Source: Eledone cirrhosa (Eukaryota). From it: a stretch of DNA of 64,000 nucleotides. Below are positions 14,657-27,968 of this stretch, piece by piece; within the stretch, counting starts at the first letter, position 1, and every line of letters begins with the position of its first letter. The stretch is from the NCBI GenBank assembly GCA_964016885.1, contig OZ024760.1:25854001-25918000 (forward strand). The letters run 5' to 3'. A program made the position numbers and the translations under genes. The notes beneath the pieces are model-generated. The model worked only from the letters and a program-made list of their open reading frames with translations, was not told the origin of the DNA and made no database searches.

Positions 14657-15170
14657 TTATATTGACAGAATCTTCCTTACTATATGGGCAGTTCCCATTA
14701 GTACTATCTTTTGTATTTCTTCTATACGCGGGTTTCCTGGGATTTGCGATAAGTAATCATTAGACCCCTTAGGTATCATTCCCAGAGCGCCTACAACCAA
14801 TGGTATTGTTTGAGTCCTCCACTTCCACATTTTTCCAATTTCTATCTCCAGGTCCTTACACTTGCTCAATAATTCAAATGTTTTTATAGATACATTCTTG
14901 TCTATGGGAACGGACATATCAATTAGCAGGCATACCCTCTTTTTAAAACCCTTCAGTATTATATCAGGTCTATTTGCATCTATTTTTCGGTCTGTTTGGA
15001 TGCTAAAGTTCGACAAAATTGAGATGTGACCCTTTTCAAGTACGGGAAGTCGTTGATGCTCCCAACAATTCTTTTGATGGGGCAGGTCAAAATGCTTACA
15101 CATTACCCGCTGTATTTCCTGTGCAGCTCTGTCATGCCTGTTCAGGTATTCGGTTGGAGCTATAGGACTG
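14657..15170 (-). mobile_element. Non-LTR retrotransposon remnant, restriction-like endonuclease domain (R4/NeSL-type)
   Basis: RHD...NRPDIIL...CLLIDMSVP...KCKDL...IPLVVGALG. Confidence 0.85.
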
Positions 15171-15174
15171 CACA

Positions 15175-15585
15175 TTGAAGTCGGCGAATCCCTGAAGGGG
15201 AAAATCAGGGTGGAGTGGCAAGAGCTGACTTCTAGTAAGTTTGTTGAACGGTGAGTGAATGTGACGAGTCTGATCCGAGTGAACAGGCCCGTTCTGAGTA
15301 TGCGCCTGTAGACTGAGGAGTGGAAGAACTGGGAGAGGGCGCTTGCTCTGGTGGTCAGGGTGGCCATGGTCTTTTGTGTGGTTTTCACCACAGGTGACGC
15401 TCGGCGGTTTCCCCACTTTTGGGGGAATTTTTGTTGTTTGAATTTTTTTAAATTTGTTTTTACACATTTCTATCTTCTAATTATAACGTTTTTACACGGC
15501 CAAAACCCACTTTGTATCGTCTTGTACCGTTCTGTGCCGTCTGTAATGTTCTTGTTTATGTTAGCCCTTCTGGCCAATAAATAAA
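15175..15585 (+). mobile_element. Tx1/L1-like LINE 3' remnant
   Basis: LKGKIRVE...KFVER, ending in aataaa; related to the 17138 and 22520 copies. Confidence 0.55.
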
Positions 15586-15599
15586 CCATTATTATTGGA

Positions 15600-15768
15600 T
15601 TGGCAGTATCGGTAGAGGGTCAGACGCCATGCTTTGCAGCACAGTTACATCCCTTTACGAACTGAGTTCAAATCCCGCCGAGGTTAACTTTGCCTTTCAT
15701 CCTTACGGGGATCGATAAAGTAAAGTACTGGGTATTCGCTGGCCTTGTGCCAAAAGTAGATACAATTA
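15600..15768 (+). mobile_element. tRNA-derived SINE
   Basis: tggcagtatcggtagag...gagttcaaatcccgccgagg. Confidence 0.85.
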
Positions 15769-16083
15769 TTATTATTATATCTATATATATATATATGTAG
15801 ATAAATCTACCAAAATGTACGGTAGTGTCCAATCCGTATGAAGAACTCAATGTAATCCGAATATCATGAAAAGAGATGATGTATTCAAAATGTTTTCGAT
15901 GAAAAACACAGGAAAACAGAGTCAAGATAAATTAATAAAAATAATGAATAAAAACAAAGAAACAATTCCTTTATATTAAAAAATCATCATTTTACGATCG
16001 TTTCTAGGATATATATGTTTGTGTTGGTATGTATATCATATAGATCGATAAAATATATATATATATTTTTTTTTGTATTTCAG

Positions 16084-16176
16084 ATTTCTCCGGCTTACCA
16101 GTTCGCTGTCGATACATCGAATATTTCACAGGCGAGAGTGATCGGGATGGTCTTCCTCCCACAGATGCTATCTTAT
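16084..16176 (+). CDS. CACNG: Stargazin/TARP (CACNG-family) internal coding exon (extracellular loop 1 region)
   Basis: Acceptor ttttgtatttcag and donor gtaagt bound 93 bp. Reads FSGLPVRCRYIEYFTGESDRDGLPPTDAIL in phase 1 and joins in frame to the exon at 25547; the C..I.YF pattern fits TARP loop 1. Confidence 0.8.
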
Positions 16177-16207
16177 GTAAGTTGAAATCCTTTTGTTGCC
16201 ATATTTT

Positions 16208-16400
16208 TAAGGAAACTCAATGCCTGAGCCTGAGTTCAAATCCCGCCGTGGTTAATTGGCCTTAAAATTCTTACAGGGTCGATATAATAAAGTACCAGTA
16301 ACGTTAGGTTAGGTTAACATCTTTACGGGGTCGATAAAATACAGTATCAGTAATGCACTCGGATAATTGCTGGCCTTGTGCCAAAGGTAGAAACAATTAT
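16208..16400 (+). mobile_element. Rearranged tRNA-derived SINE
   Basis: B-box and a duplicated gtcgataaaata segment. Confidence 0.7.
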
Positions 16401-16456
16401 ACTTATATTGTACTTATTTTATATGTAGATACTACCAAATACTCATTCTCTCTTAT

Positions 16457-16491
<35 letters not shown>

Positions 16492-16536
16492 GAGAGAGAG
16501 AAGGATTTAAATGGATACAGTTCAGTTAAAAGGAAT

Positions 16537-16657
16537 TTATTGACACGTGTTTCAATAACAGTTACATAACCTGAAAACAGCTGCTATCTACAAAGTATTA
16601 GTTATGCAGACATTCAATATTTCAATGTTATTATCTACTGTCATTTCATCAGAATAA
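16537..16657 (-). ncRNA. Type I hammerhead ribozyme with ~75-nt stem II insertion
   Basis: Reverse strand: ttatt-CTGATGA-aatgacag[...]ctgttatt-GAAAC-acgt-GTC-aataa; palindromic stem III ACACGTGT. Confidence 0.82.
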
Positions 16658-17137
16658 TTTTATTATATATATATATATACAAGTCTGAACATAAAGGTAC
16701 CTAACACCCATTGTCACCGCCCCCGTCTCTCCTACTGTCACCACCCCCGTCTCTCCCACTATCACTGTCTCCATCTCTCCCACTCTCTCCATTATTACCT
16801 AAAATACATTTAGAAAATAGCCCAGGTTTGTTAAGACTTTAGCAATATCGTTAAAGGTGGTACATTGGTAGAGTGGTTAGAAAGGTCGGCTAGAATGGTT
16901 TGGGGAAATTGCTCTGGCTCTCTCTGTTTTCTGAGTTCAAATCCTCCCGAAGTCACCTTTGCCTTTCATCCTTTCGAGGTTGATAAAAAAGATACCAGTT
17001 TATTACTAGGGACGTTTCTTCCTCTATATCTCCTTCTCACTTAATATTTATTACCTCTCTCGCTCTCTCTTTCTCTCTCACACGCTCTCTCTCTCTCTCT
17101 CTCTATCTCTATCTATCTATCTATCTATCTATCTATT

Positions 17138-17507
17138 CGTTTTTTCAAATATCATTTTGGAAGAAGAATCAGGATGGAGAGAGAGGTGCTGTACCCCAGC
17201 AAATTTTATAAAAGGTGGGTGAATGTGGCAAAGATGGCCCGAGTGGTTGGGCCTTCTCTCTATATAAGCCTGTAGGTTGAGGAAAAAGAGGAAGAGAGGA
17301 AGGGAGTACTCACTCTTGGTGCTCCTGGAGATGAGGGTTGTACATTTTTTCGGGGTGTGTACAACCTCTGTGTACCACCTCCCCCCTATTGGGGATATCA
17401 ATTGTTATTTGTTATTTTATTAATAGTTTTATTTTCATATACCTGTATGTAAACTCACCATTTGTATTTATCCCCTTCTTTTGTGCCCTTGTGGCTAATA
17501 AAGAAAT
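17138..17507 (+). mobile_element. Tx1/L1-like LINE 3' remnant in a (TCTA)n tract
   Basis: FKYHFGRRIRMEREVLYP...RW, then aataaa and a (tcta)n tail. Confidence 0.6.
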
Positions 17508-17655
17508 TTATCTATCTCTCTCTCTATCTATCTATCCCCTCTCATCCTGTATATATGTCTACACTTTATATATATATATATATATAGAAGTAGTAAGACA
17601 ACAGTTAGTTCCCTGAGTGCTCTACCACTACGGATATTACCTTCCAGTTTTCTAC

Positions 17656-17795
<140 letters not shown>

Positions 17796-17858
17796 TATAT
17801 ATATATATATTTATATATATAAATATATAAATATATATATATACTTGGGGAGGGTCGG

Positions 17859-17902
<44 letters not shown>

Positions 17903-17906
<4 letters not shown>

Positions 17907-18096
17907 CGAAGGAAATGTGGTAAGGAACCAGGTGGACCATAACGTACCAAAGTACTCAATACTTAGGGTAGTAGAGTGGGTAATAGGAACGAGTAGGACC
18001 CCGACGGCTGAGCTCAAGCCGTTTCGACGGCTAATTCTGGAGTCCAGAATTAGCCGTTGAAACGGCTTGAGCTCAGCCGTCGGGGTCCTACTCGTT

Positions 18097-18100
<4 letters not shown>
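17903..18100. mobile_element. Fold-back element with two HHR 3' halves (copies at 20201-20409, 27373-27566, 52038-52243)
   Basis: Arms contain GAAACggcttgagctcagccGTCgggg; one long and one short arm; TA-flanked. Confidence 0.75.
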
Positions 18101-18141
<41 letters not shown>

Positions 18142-18607
18142 CTCTCTAACTCTATCTCATCTCTTTTCATGTATATATGTCTACATTTTATATCTTTCTT
18201 CCTCTCTATCTCTCATGTATATCTATCTATACTTTCTAATATTTATTACCCACTCTCTCTCTTTGTCTCTCTCTCAAAGATATCTCCTTTGGTTAAACCA
18301 TGGGAGGAGATAGTTCCCGTCATGTTTTAAAAGAACGAAAATGCCCAAGAAACGCTAAAGCTTTTTAGATAAACATAAACACTTCAAACGCAACATTTCT
18401 ATATCGTAGAACCAGGGCTATTTCGAACGTAACTTAACAAAGGTTCTTATATAAAGTTATGATGGAATTATTTAAGGAAATATATACAATTTATCTCTTT
18501 CCAAGCGATATTTCTTTTAAAGCACACTTCTTAAAATTCGCAAATATTTTTTTAAAATATGTCAAAAACTAGATTTTGTAAAATAACTTTCTCAATATTA
18601 AGCTGAT

Positions 18608-19695
18608 GTTTGATATAAAGAGAGAGCGACAGGAAGACAGATACCGCCATATTTGATATATATAGAGAGAGACAGGAAGACAGATACCGCCATATTTGAT
18701 ATAAAGAGAGAGACAGGAAGACAGATACCGCCAAATTTGATATATAGAGAGAGCGACAGGAAGACAGATACCGCCATATTTGATATAAAGAGAGAGAGAC
18801 AGGAAGACAGATACCGCCATATTTGATATATAGAGAGAGAGACAAGAAGACAGATACCGCCATATTTGATATATAGAGAGACAGGAAGACAGATACCGCC
18901 ATATTTGATATAAAGAGAGAGAGACAGGAAGACATATACCGCCATATTTTATATATATATAGAGAGAGACAGGAAGACAGATACCGCCATATTTGATATA
19001 TATATAGAGAGAGAGACAGGAAGACAGATACCGCCATATTTGATATATAGAGAGAAAGACAGGAAGACAGATACCGCCATATTTGATATAAAGAGAGAGA
19101 GACAGGAAGACAGATACCGCCATATTTGATATATAGAGAGAAAGACAGGAAGACTGGTACCGCCATATTTGATATATATAGAGAGAGAGACAGGAAGACA
19201 GACACCGCCATATTTGATATATAGAGAGAAAGAGACAGGAAGACAGATACCGCCATATTTGATATATAGAGAGAAAGACAGGAAGACAGATACCGCCATA
19301 TTTGATATATAGAGAGAGAGACAGGAAGACAGATACCGCCATATTTGATATAGAGAGAGACAGGAAGACAGATACCGCCATATTTTATATAAAGAGAGAG
19401 AGGCAGGAAGACAGATACCGCCATATTTGATATATAGAGAGAGAGACAGGAAGACAGATACCGCCATATTTGATATAGAGAGAGAGAGACAGAAAGACAA
19501 ATACCGCCATATTTGATATAGAGAGAGAGACAGGAAGACAGATACCGCCATATTTGATATATATATATAGAGAGAGAGAGAGACAGGAAGAAAGATACCG
19601 CCATATTTGATATAAAGAGAGAGAGACAGGAAGACAGATACCGCCATATTTGATATAGAGAGAGAGACAGGAAGACAAATACCGCCATATTTGAT
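18608..19695. repeat. ~41-45-bp minisatellite, ~26 copies
   Basis: gacaggaagacagataccgccatatttga plus a variable (TA)n(GA)n linker. Confidence 0.92.
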
Positions 19696-19805
19696 TTGTA
19701 ACATAGAGGGAGAGATAGATTCGCAGCTAGTATATTTCAGAGAAAGAGAGAGTGAGAGAGTAAAAGAAAAGTATAGATGGTTAGAACAGATAGATAGTTG
19801 GTTTG

Positions 19806-19869
<64 letters not shown>

Positions 19870-20038
19870 CTGTGTATGTAGAGGTTATATTTAAACTGGT
19901 GCGATACAACAAGCAAATATTTTTATAACTGATATAAAGCACTCAACAAATTATTGGAGTTAAAATACGATATATTAACAAATGGAAACTATATTTATAA
20001 AACCATATTTGTTTCATTATACATATTTCAAGGACACC

Positions 20039-20161
<123 letters not shown>

Positions 20162-20405
20162 GATTATATATATAAATTATATCTAAATTATATATATATA
20201 TAGGAACGAGTAGGACCCCGACGGCTGAGCTCAAACCGTTTCGACGGCTAATTCTGGACTGCTAATTCAGTCCAGAATTAGCCGTCGAAACGGCTTGAGC
20301 TCAGCCGTCGGGGTCCTACTCGTTCCTATTACCCACTCTACTACCCTAAGTATTGAGTACTTTGGTGCGTTATGGTCCATCTGGTTCCTTACCACATTTC
20401 CTTCG

Positions 20406-20461
<56 letters not shown>

Positions 20462-20591
20462 GTAGAACACTGGAAGGTAATATCCGTAGTGGTAGAGCAC
20501 TCAGTCCAAGGGACGAGTTAGGTAGAAGTGGTAACACAACAGTTAGTTCACCATATCGAGAACAATTGTTTCACCTTAGCGGATCTTCATC

Positions 20592-20631
20592 CCGAGCTGA
20601 AGATCCGCTAAGATGAAACAATTGTTCTCGG
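20592..20631 (+). ncRNA. Minimal type I hammerhead ribozyme in fold-back 20523-20664
   Basis: ccgag-CTGAAGA-tccgctaagat-GAAAC-aatt-GTT-ctcgg; palindromic stem III ACAATTGT. Confidence 0.8.
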
Positions 20632-20682
20632 TATGGTGAACTAACTGTTGTGTAACCACTTCTATATATATATATATATAAG

Positions 20683-20731
20683 GCTTCCTGATGATTTCTC
20701 CCGAATGAAATAGTTCTAGTCCTGTAGAACC
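20683..20731 (+). ncRNA. Type I hammerhead ribozyme, 7156 family
   Basis: ttc-CTGATGA-t ttc tccc gaa t-GAA-atag ttctagtc ctgt-A-gaa. Confidence 0.72.
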
Positions 20732-20817
20732 ATTTTCTATATTAAATATGTAAACTCTGCTTTGTATTGAGTACTTTACTTACTGTGGTTACCCCCGATT
20801 GAACCCGGGATAAACTT

Positions 20818-20892
<75 letters not shown>

Positions 20893-21112
20893 GAAAATAG
20901 TTGGGAATTCTCCTATAAGAAATCAATTTGATTGATTGTAAGAGAGAGAAAGTAAATGGGAAGGTCAATTATGTATGGAAGGCCATGTTATCCATAAATT
21001 GCCATCGTTTCAAAAATTACAAACACATGCTGGTAAAAAGAGGTTTTTAAAGAAAAAAATATAAACCACCATACCTAAATGAGTGGAATTAGTGACTGGC
21101 AAATGTCATGCT

Positions 21113-21159
21113 GGGTAGTAGTGGTAGTGGTAGTGGTGGTGATGGTGGTGGTGGTGGTG

Positions 21160-21193
<34 letters not shown>

Positions 21194-21244
21194 CAATGGT
21201 AGTGGTGGTAGTAGTAGTAGTGGTAGTGGTGGTGGTGGTGGTAA

Positions 21245-21280
<36 letters not shown>

Positions 21281-21450
21281 TAGCAATGGTAGTGGTGGTA
21301 GTAGTGGTAGTGGTAGTGGTGGTGGTGGTGGTAGTAATGGTAGTAGTAGTAATGGTAGTCGTGGTGGTGGTGCTAGTAGTAGTAGTAGTAATGGTGGTGG
21401 TAGTAGTAGTGGAAGTAGTAATAGTAGTAGTAGTTGTAGTAGTAATGGTG

Positions 21451-21490
<40 letters not shown>

Positions 21491-22282
21491 AAGTAGTGGC
21501 CGTGTTGGTAGTGATTTTAGTGGTGGTGGTAGGGTGGTGGTAGTAGTGGTGGTGGTAGTGGTAGTGGTGGTAGTAGTGGTGGTGGTGGTGATGGTTGGTG
21601 TTGGTGGTGGTATGGGGGTGGTAGTAGTATTGGTGGTGGTAGTAGTAGTGGTATATTGTGGTGGTAGTAGTAGTAGTGGCGGTGGTGATGTGTGGTGGTA
21701 TCACCCTACCACCATCACCATCATCATCCTTACCACCACTATCACCACCACCACCACAACTACCACTCCACCTCACCACCACCACCTCTACTACCACCAT
21801 ACCATAACCACCACTCCCCCACAACCACCACCACCACCATACCACAACCACCACCACCACTACCACCACCACCACCACACACCAACACCAACACCACCAA
21901 CACCTCCACCATACCACAACCACCACTCCCCCCAACCACTACCAACACCACCACCACCACCACCACCATACCACAACCACCACCACCACCTCTACCACCA
22001 CCACCACCACACACCACCACCACCACCACACACCACCACCACTCCCCCAACCACCACCAACACCACCACCACCAACACCACCACCACCACCACCATACCA
22101 CAACCACCACCACCACTACCACCACCACCGCACACCACCACCACCAACACCTTCAATACCTCCACCAACACCTCCACCATACCACAACCACCACTCCTCT
22201 ACAACCACCACCACCACCATACCACAACCACCACCACCACCACCATACCACCACCACTACCACTCCCCCCACCACCACCATC
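21113..22282. repeat. (GTA/GTG)n block followed by a (CAC/ACC)n block
   Basis: Strand switch near 21700. Confidence 0.85.
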
Positions 22283-22443
22283 ATCCCTTCCAAATTCCTT
22301 ATTTGGTTTTGCTGGTGTTTTATTGGAGGTGTGGGCGGGTTGGTTTTCTTTATTTTTTTGGTATTTTATCAAAAGGTTATTTTAGAAATTCAAATGAAAT
22401 TCTAAGCAATTCTCTGTGAAACTTAGTAAGATAGAAGGTTGGG

Positions 22444-22519
<76 letters not shown>

Positions 22520-22520
<1 letters not shown>

Positions 22521-23640
22521 GTGTTTCTTTATTAGCCACAGGGGCACAAAAGAAGGGGACAAATACAAAGGGGGAAGTTTACATACAATAAAAACGTGTA
22601 AAATGTTATCACAAATGCAATTTAAAAAGTTAGTCGATTTTCCCCAATATGGGGAGACAGTTTATATGGGTAACACATACCCCCGAAAAAATGTGCAACC
22701 CTCATCTCCAGGAGTACGAAGAGTTTGTACTCCTTTCCTCTCCTCCTCCTTTTCCTCAACCTACAGGCTGATATAGAGAGAAGGCCCATTCACTCGGGCC
22801 ATTCTCGCCACTTTCACCCACCTTTCATAAAACTTGCTGGGGTACAGCACCTCTCTCTCCATCCTGATTCTTCTTCCAAAGTGGTATTTGAAAAAAGAAT
22901 CAGTTGTTGGCCGGAGAGAAAGGTCTGACCTCAGCCCTTTCAACCTTGTCCACCATACCTCTTTCGCCATAGCTATCACACAAAGGAAAACTGCCTCTCC
23001 TTCAGATAGATAGATAGATATATAGATAGATAGATAGATAGATTTCTTTATTTGCCACAAGGGCGCACAAAAAAAGGGAAAATACAAGGACATATGCCGT
23101 GGATTTTACATACACTCTTGTAAAAAAAAAATGTTAAACAAACAAATTCAACAATCGAAATCCGCAAAACGGGGGAGGCGTTACAAATAGGTTGTTTAAA
23201 CCCCGTAGATAGAACAACCCTCGAGCGTGTTGTGCAAGTGCTCCCTTCCTCCTTTTGCTCTCTTCTTCAACCTACAGGTTTATATATAGAGAAGGCCCAA
23301 TCACTCGGGCCATTTTTGCTACATTCACCCACCTTTCAGTAAATTTACTGGGGTGCAGTGCCTCTCTCTCTCCACTCTGATTCTCCTTCTAAAGTGATAC
23401 TTAAAAAAGGGAATCAATTGTTGTCCGGAGAGAAAGGCATCTGTCCTCAGTCCTCTCAATCTCGTCCACCATATAACTTCTGTCACCATAGCCACCGTAC
23501 AGAGGAAAACCGCCTCTCTTTCGTCGTTTTTGAAAGAAGGTGGCGGTTTGATCCTTACTATGGACTCGGCAGTCAACGGGACTTGTCCCATATTTGAAAG
23601 CAGTTGTTCTACGTAGCTCCACAGGTCGGTTACGTCCCGG
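22520..23640 (-). mobile_element. Two tandem Tx1/L1-like LINE 3' remnants in (GATA)n (related fragment 1385-1632)
   Basis: AVFLCVIAMAKEVWWTRLKGL...FFKYHFGRRIRMERE occurs twice. Confidence 0.62.
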
Positions 23641-23651
23641 CAGTGTACAAC

Positions 23652-25510
23652 TGTGTGTGTATGTATGTGTGTATGTATGTAAGTCTGTATATGTATGTAA
23701 GTGTGTATATGTATATAAGTCTGTATATGTATGTAAGTGTGTATATGTATGTAAGTCTGTATATGTATCTAAGTGTGTATATGTAAGTCTATATATGTAT
23801 GTAAGTGTGTATGTGTATGTAAGTCTGTATATGTATGTACGTGTGTATGTATGTAACTCTGTATATGTATGTAAGTGTGTATATGTATGTAAGTCTGTAT
23901 ATGTATGTACGTGTGTATGTATGTAAGTGTGTATATGTATGTAAGTGTGTATATGTATGTAAGTCTGTATATGTGTGTACGTGTATATGTATGTAACTCT
24001 GTATATGTATGTAAGTGTGTATATGTATGTAAGTCTGTATATGTATGTAAGTGGGTATATGTATGCAAGTGTGTATATGTATGTAAGTGTGTATATGTAT
24101 ATAAGTCTGTATATGTAAGTGTGTATATGTATATAAGTCTGTATATGTATGTAAGTGTGTAGGTATACAAGTCTATATATGTATGTAAGTGTGTATATGT
24201 ATGTAAGTCTGTATATGTGTGTACGTATGTATGTATGTAACTCTGTATATGTATGTAAGTGTGTATATGTATGTAAGTCTGTATATGTATGTAAGTGGGT
24301 ATATGTATGTAAGTGTGTATATGTATATAAGTCTGTATATGTAAGTGTGTATATGTATATAAGTCTGTATATGTATGTAAGTGTGTAGGTATGTAAGTGT
24401 GTGTATGTATATAAGTCTGTCTATGTATGTAAGTGTGTATGTAAGTGTGTGTATATGTATGTAAGTGTGTATGTCTACCACACTCTGTCACTCTTCTTAT
24501 TCCAGTATCAATGAAAACGTCTGCAATATTCCCGTTAGTATGCGTGTGTGTGTATGTATATGTATGTATGTATTTGTGTGTGTGTGTGGAGGAGGTGTAT
24601 GAGTATGTAAGTGTATGTATGTGTGTATGTCTACCACTTTCTAAGTGTATGTATGTGTGTATGTCTACCACTTTCTAAGTGTATGTATGTGGGAATGTCT
24701 ACCAGTTTCTAAGTGTATAAGTCAGTTTGTATGTCTACCAGTTTCTAAGTGTATGTATGTGTGTATGTCTACCACTTTCTAAGTGTATGTATGTGGGAAT
24801 GTCTACCAGTTTCTAAGTGTGTAAGTCAGTTTGAATGTCTACCAGTTTCTAAGTGTGTAAGTCAGTTTGTATGTCTACCACTTTCTAAGTGTATAAGTCA
24901 GTTTGTATGTCTCCCACTTTCTAAGTGTGTAAGTCAGTTTCTATGTCTACCAGTTTCTAAGTGTATAAGTCAGTGTGTATGTCTACCAGTTTTTAAGTGT
25001 ATAAGTCAGTGTGTATGTCTACCAGTTTCTAAGTGTGTAAGTCAGTTTGTATGTCTACCAGTTTCTAAGTATATAAGTCAGTTTGAATGTCTACCAGTTT
25101 CTAAGTGTGTGAGTCAGTTTGTATGTCTCCCACTTTCTAAGTGTGTAAGTCAGTTTGTATGTCTACCAGTTTCTAAGTGTATAAGTCAGTTTGTATATCT
25201 ACCAGTTTCTAAGTGTATAAGTCAGTTTGTATGTCTACCAGTTTCTAAGTGTGTAAGTCAGTTTGTATGTCTACCAGTTTCTAAGTGTGTAAGTCAGTTT
25301 GTATGTCTACCACTTTTTAAGTGTGTATGTCAGTTTGTATGTCTACCAGTTTCTAAGTGTATAAGTCAGTTTGTATGTCTACCAGTTTCTAAGTGTGTAA
25401 GTCAGTTTGTATGTCTACCAGTTTCTAAGTGTGTAAGTCAGTTTGTATGTCTACCACTTTTTAAGTGTGTAAGTCAGTTTGTATGTCTACCACTTTCTAA
25501 GTGTGTATGT
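23652..25510. repeat. TATG-derived short repeats followed by a 32-bp minisatellite
   Basis: gtatgtctaccagtttctaagtgtgtaagtcagttt-type unit, 24630-25505. Confidence 0.88.
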
Positions 25511-25546
25511 CTACCTGCTTCTAACTGCCACCTTTTCTTATTCCAG

Positions 25547-25687
25547 TATCAATGAAAACGTCTACAATATTCCCGCTAGCCAGTCTGTTGGTGTTACTTG
25601 TTGGCGGTATTATCTGTTTCGTGGGCCACTGTAATACACGGCGGAACAGGCTGACGTTTTTTGGGGGAATTCTTTTTGTTTTAGCAG
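25547..25687 (+). CDS. CACNG: Stargazin/TARP (CACNG-family) coding exon, TM2-TM3
   Basis: Acceptor ccttttcttattccag, donor gtaagt, 141 bp, phase 1. [47 protein letters not shown] resembles stargazin ASSIFPILS...AGIFFVSAG. Confidence 0.92.
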
Positions 25688-25774
25688 GTAAGTCCTACCT
25701 TTCTTTATGGCTGCAATGCCGCCAAACACATACACACACTCAAACACTCAGACACATATGTATGTATATGTATA

Positions 25775-25832
<58 letters not shown>

Positions 25833-25849
25833 GCTCTAGAACCCTAGAG

Positions 25850-25896
<47 letters not shown>

Positions 25897-25901
25897 TACA
25901 C

Positions 25902-25967
<66 letters not shown>

Positions 25968-26034
25968 TATTGAAGTTTCCTTTGAAAATTGAAAAAGTCA
26001 TAGGAGTGAAGAGTGCTCTATGTAAGTTACAGAG

Positions 26035-26091
<57 letters not shown>

Positions 26092-26109
26092 TATAGACAT
26101 ATATTACAC

Positions 26110-26165
<56 letters not shown>

Positions 26166-26232
26166 TATTGAAGTTTCCTTTGAAAATTGAAAAAGTCATA
26201 GGAGTGAAGAGTGCTCTATGTAAGTTACAGAG

Positions 26233-26275
<43 letters not shown>

Positions 26276-26293
26276 TATAGACATATATTACAC

Positions 26294-26383
<90 letters not shown>

Positions 26384-26427
26384 TAATTCAAAATATTAAC
26401 AAAAATAGACATTCGTGTGATCAAGTA

Positions 26428-26494
26428 TATTTTATTATACATATTTCAGAGGTACTGAGCTATCTTCAACACTACGTCCTCATCAGATAAAATA
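26428..26494 (-). ncRNA. Type I hammerhead ribozyme (related to 32972 and 35781)
   Basis: Reverse: tattttat-CTGATGA-ggacgta[...]tacctct-GAAA-tatgt-ATA-ataaaata. Confidence 0.75.
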
Positions 26495-26700
26495 AGATGA
26501 TGCATGACATACCCTGACTTAGTATATGGCTAAGATTCAGTCATGGTAGTTAATATTGTTAATATTTTGAATTAATATTAATAACTCCGGAAAACTATCT
26601 TATTGAGTGCTTCCAATCTATTGTAAAACTCATTTATTTATTGAGCCCTGTTTAACCTTTAAATATACATATATTATATATATACATATATTATATATAC

Positions 26701-26772
<72 letters not shown>

Positions 26773-26777
26773 GTGCA

Positions 26778-26809
<32 letters not shown>

Positions 26810-26908
26810 TTGCTCTAGGGCTCTTATATATTTGATATATATTTATCCTTATCGAGCGCTCTTTGGATTCTAGTCTTCACATTTATTATTATTACTATAT
26901 ATATGTGT

Positions 26909-27054
<146 letters not shown>

Positions 27055-27098
27055 AGAAAAAAAGAGCATCAGTCTTGCGACGTAAGGAATTTATTGGA

Positions 27099-27189
27099 CA
27101 TATTACAATTGTTTCTCGGGCGACCAGCTCGAGACACGATCGATATTGTGATCAAACCTGACTCTGAACTGGCGCGGTCCTCGGATACG
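27099..27189 (-). ncRNA. Hammerhead-like motif with long stem II and U4C change
   Basis: Reverse: cgtat-CCGAGGA-[~60 nt with ccagttc/gagctgg pairing]-GAAAC-aatt-GTA-atatg. Confidence 0.55.
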
Positions 27190-27314
27190 TCTCGATTCTA
27201 CAAAGCAGATTTTCCTAATGATTCTCTTTTCTCTGTGATATCATACTCTGCTCAACGTGGGCATCGAGTGCTCATACGGCGTACCGCATACGGACGATTT
27301 AAGCATCCGACACC

Positions 27315-27376
<62 letters not shown>

Positions 27377-27563
27377 CGAAGGAAATGTGTTAAGGAACCA
27401 GGTGGACCATAACGCACCAAAGTACTCAATACTTAGGGTAGTAGAGTGGGTATTAGGAACGAGTAGGACCCGGACGGCTGAGCTCAAGCCGTTTCGACGG
27501 CTAATTCTCTGAGAATTACCCGTCGAAACGGCTTCAGCTCAGCCGTCGGGGTCCTACTCGTTC

Positions 27564-27629
<66 letters not shown>

Positions 27630-27660
27630 ATATATATTATATATATATATATATTATATA

Positions 27661-27693
<33 letters not shown>

Positions 27694-27777
27694 AATATAT
27701 ATATATATACAATATGTGTATTATATATATATTATATATATATATATATATAAATATATATATATATACAATATATG

Positions 27778-27846
<69 letters not shown>

Positions 27847-27886
27847 ATAACAAAAAAAATAATGCTCATGCTACATAAATTTTTAA

Positions 27887-27968
27887 TCTTTATAATTATT
27901 TCCACGGTTCTCCATCAAGAAGTCGTTCATGCATTTGTTGTTGTTGTGAGAACGGTATCCTCAGATGA
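27887..27968 (-). ncRNA. Hammerhead-like motif with long stem II
   Basis: Reverse: CTGAGGA-taccgttctc[...]gagaaccgtg-GAA-ataattat-A; stem I weak. Confidence 0.6.

Noticed and set aside
18552-19704. CRISPR-like repeat-spacer array or repetitive ORFs
   Set aside because: The linkers are microsatellites, not unique spacers; eukaryotic context with no cas genes.
24749-25555. 268-aa Cys-rich repeat ORF
   Set aside because: 32-bp minisatellite in an intron of the TARP gene.
25870-26300. 198-bp direct duplication
   Set aside because: Short TA-flanked tail fragment; slippage or an assembly duplication explains it.
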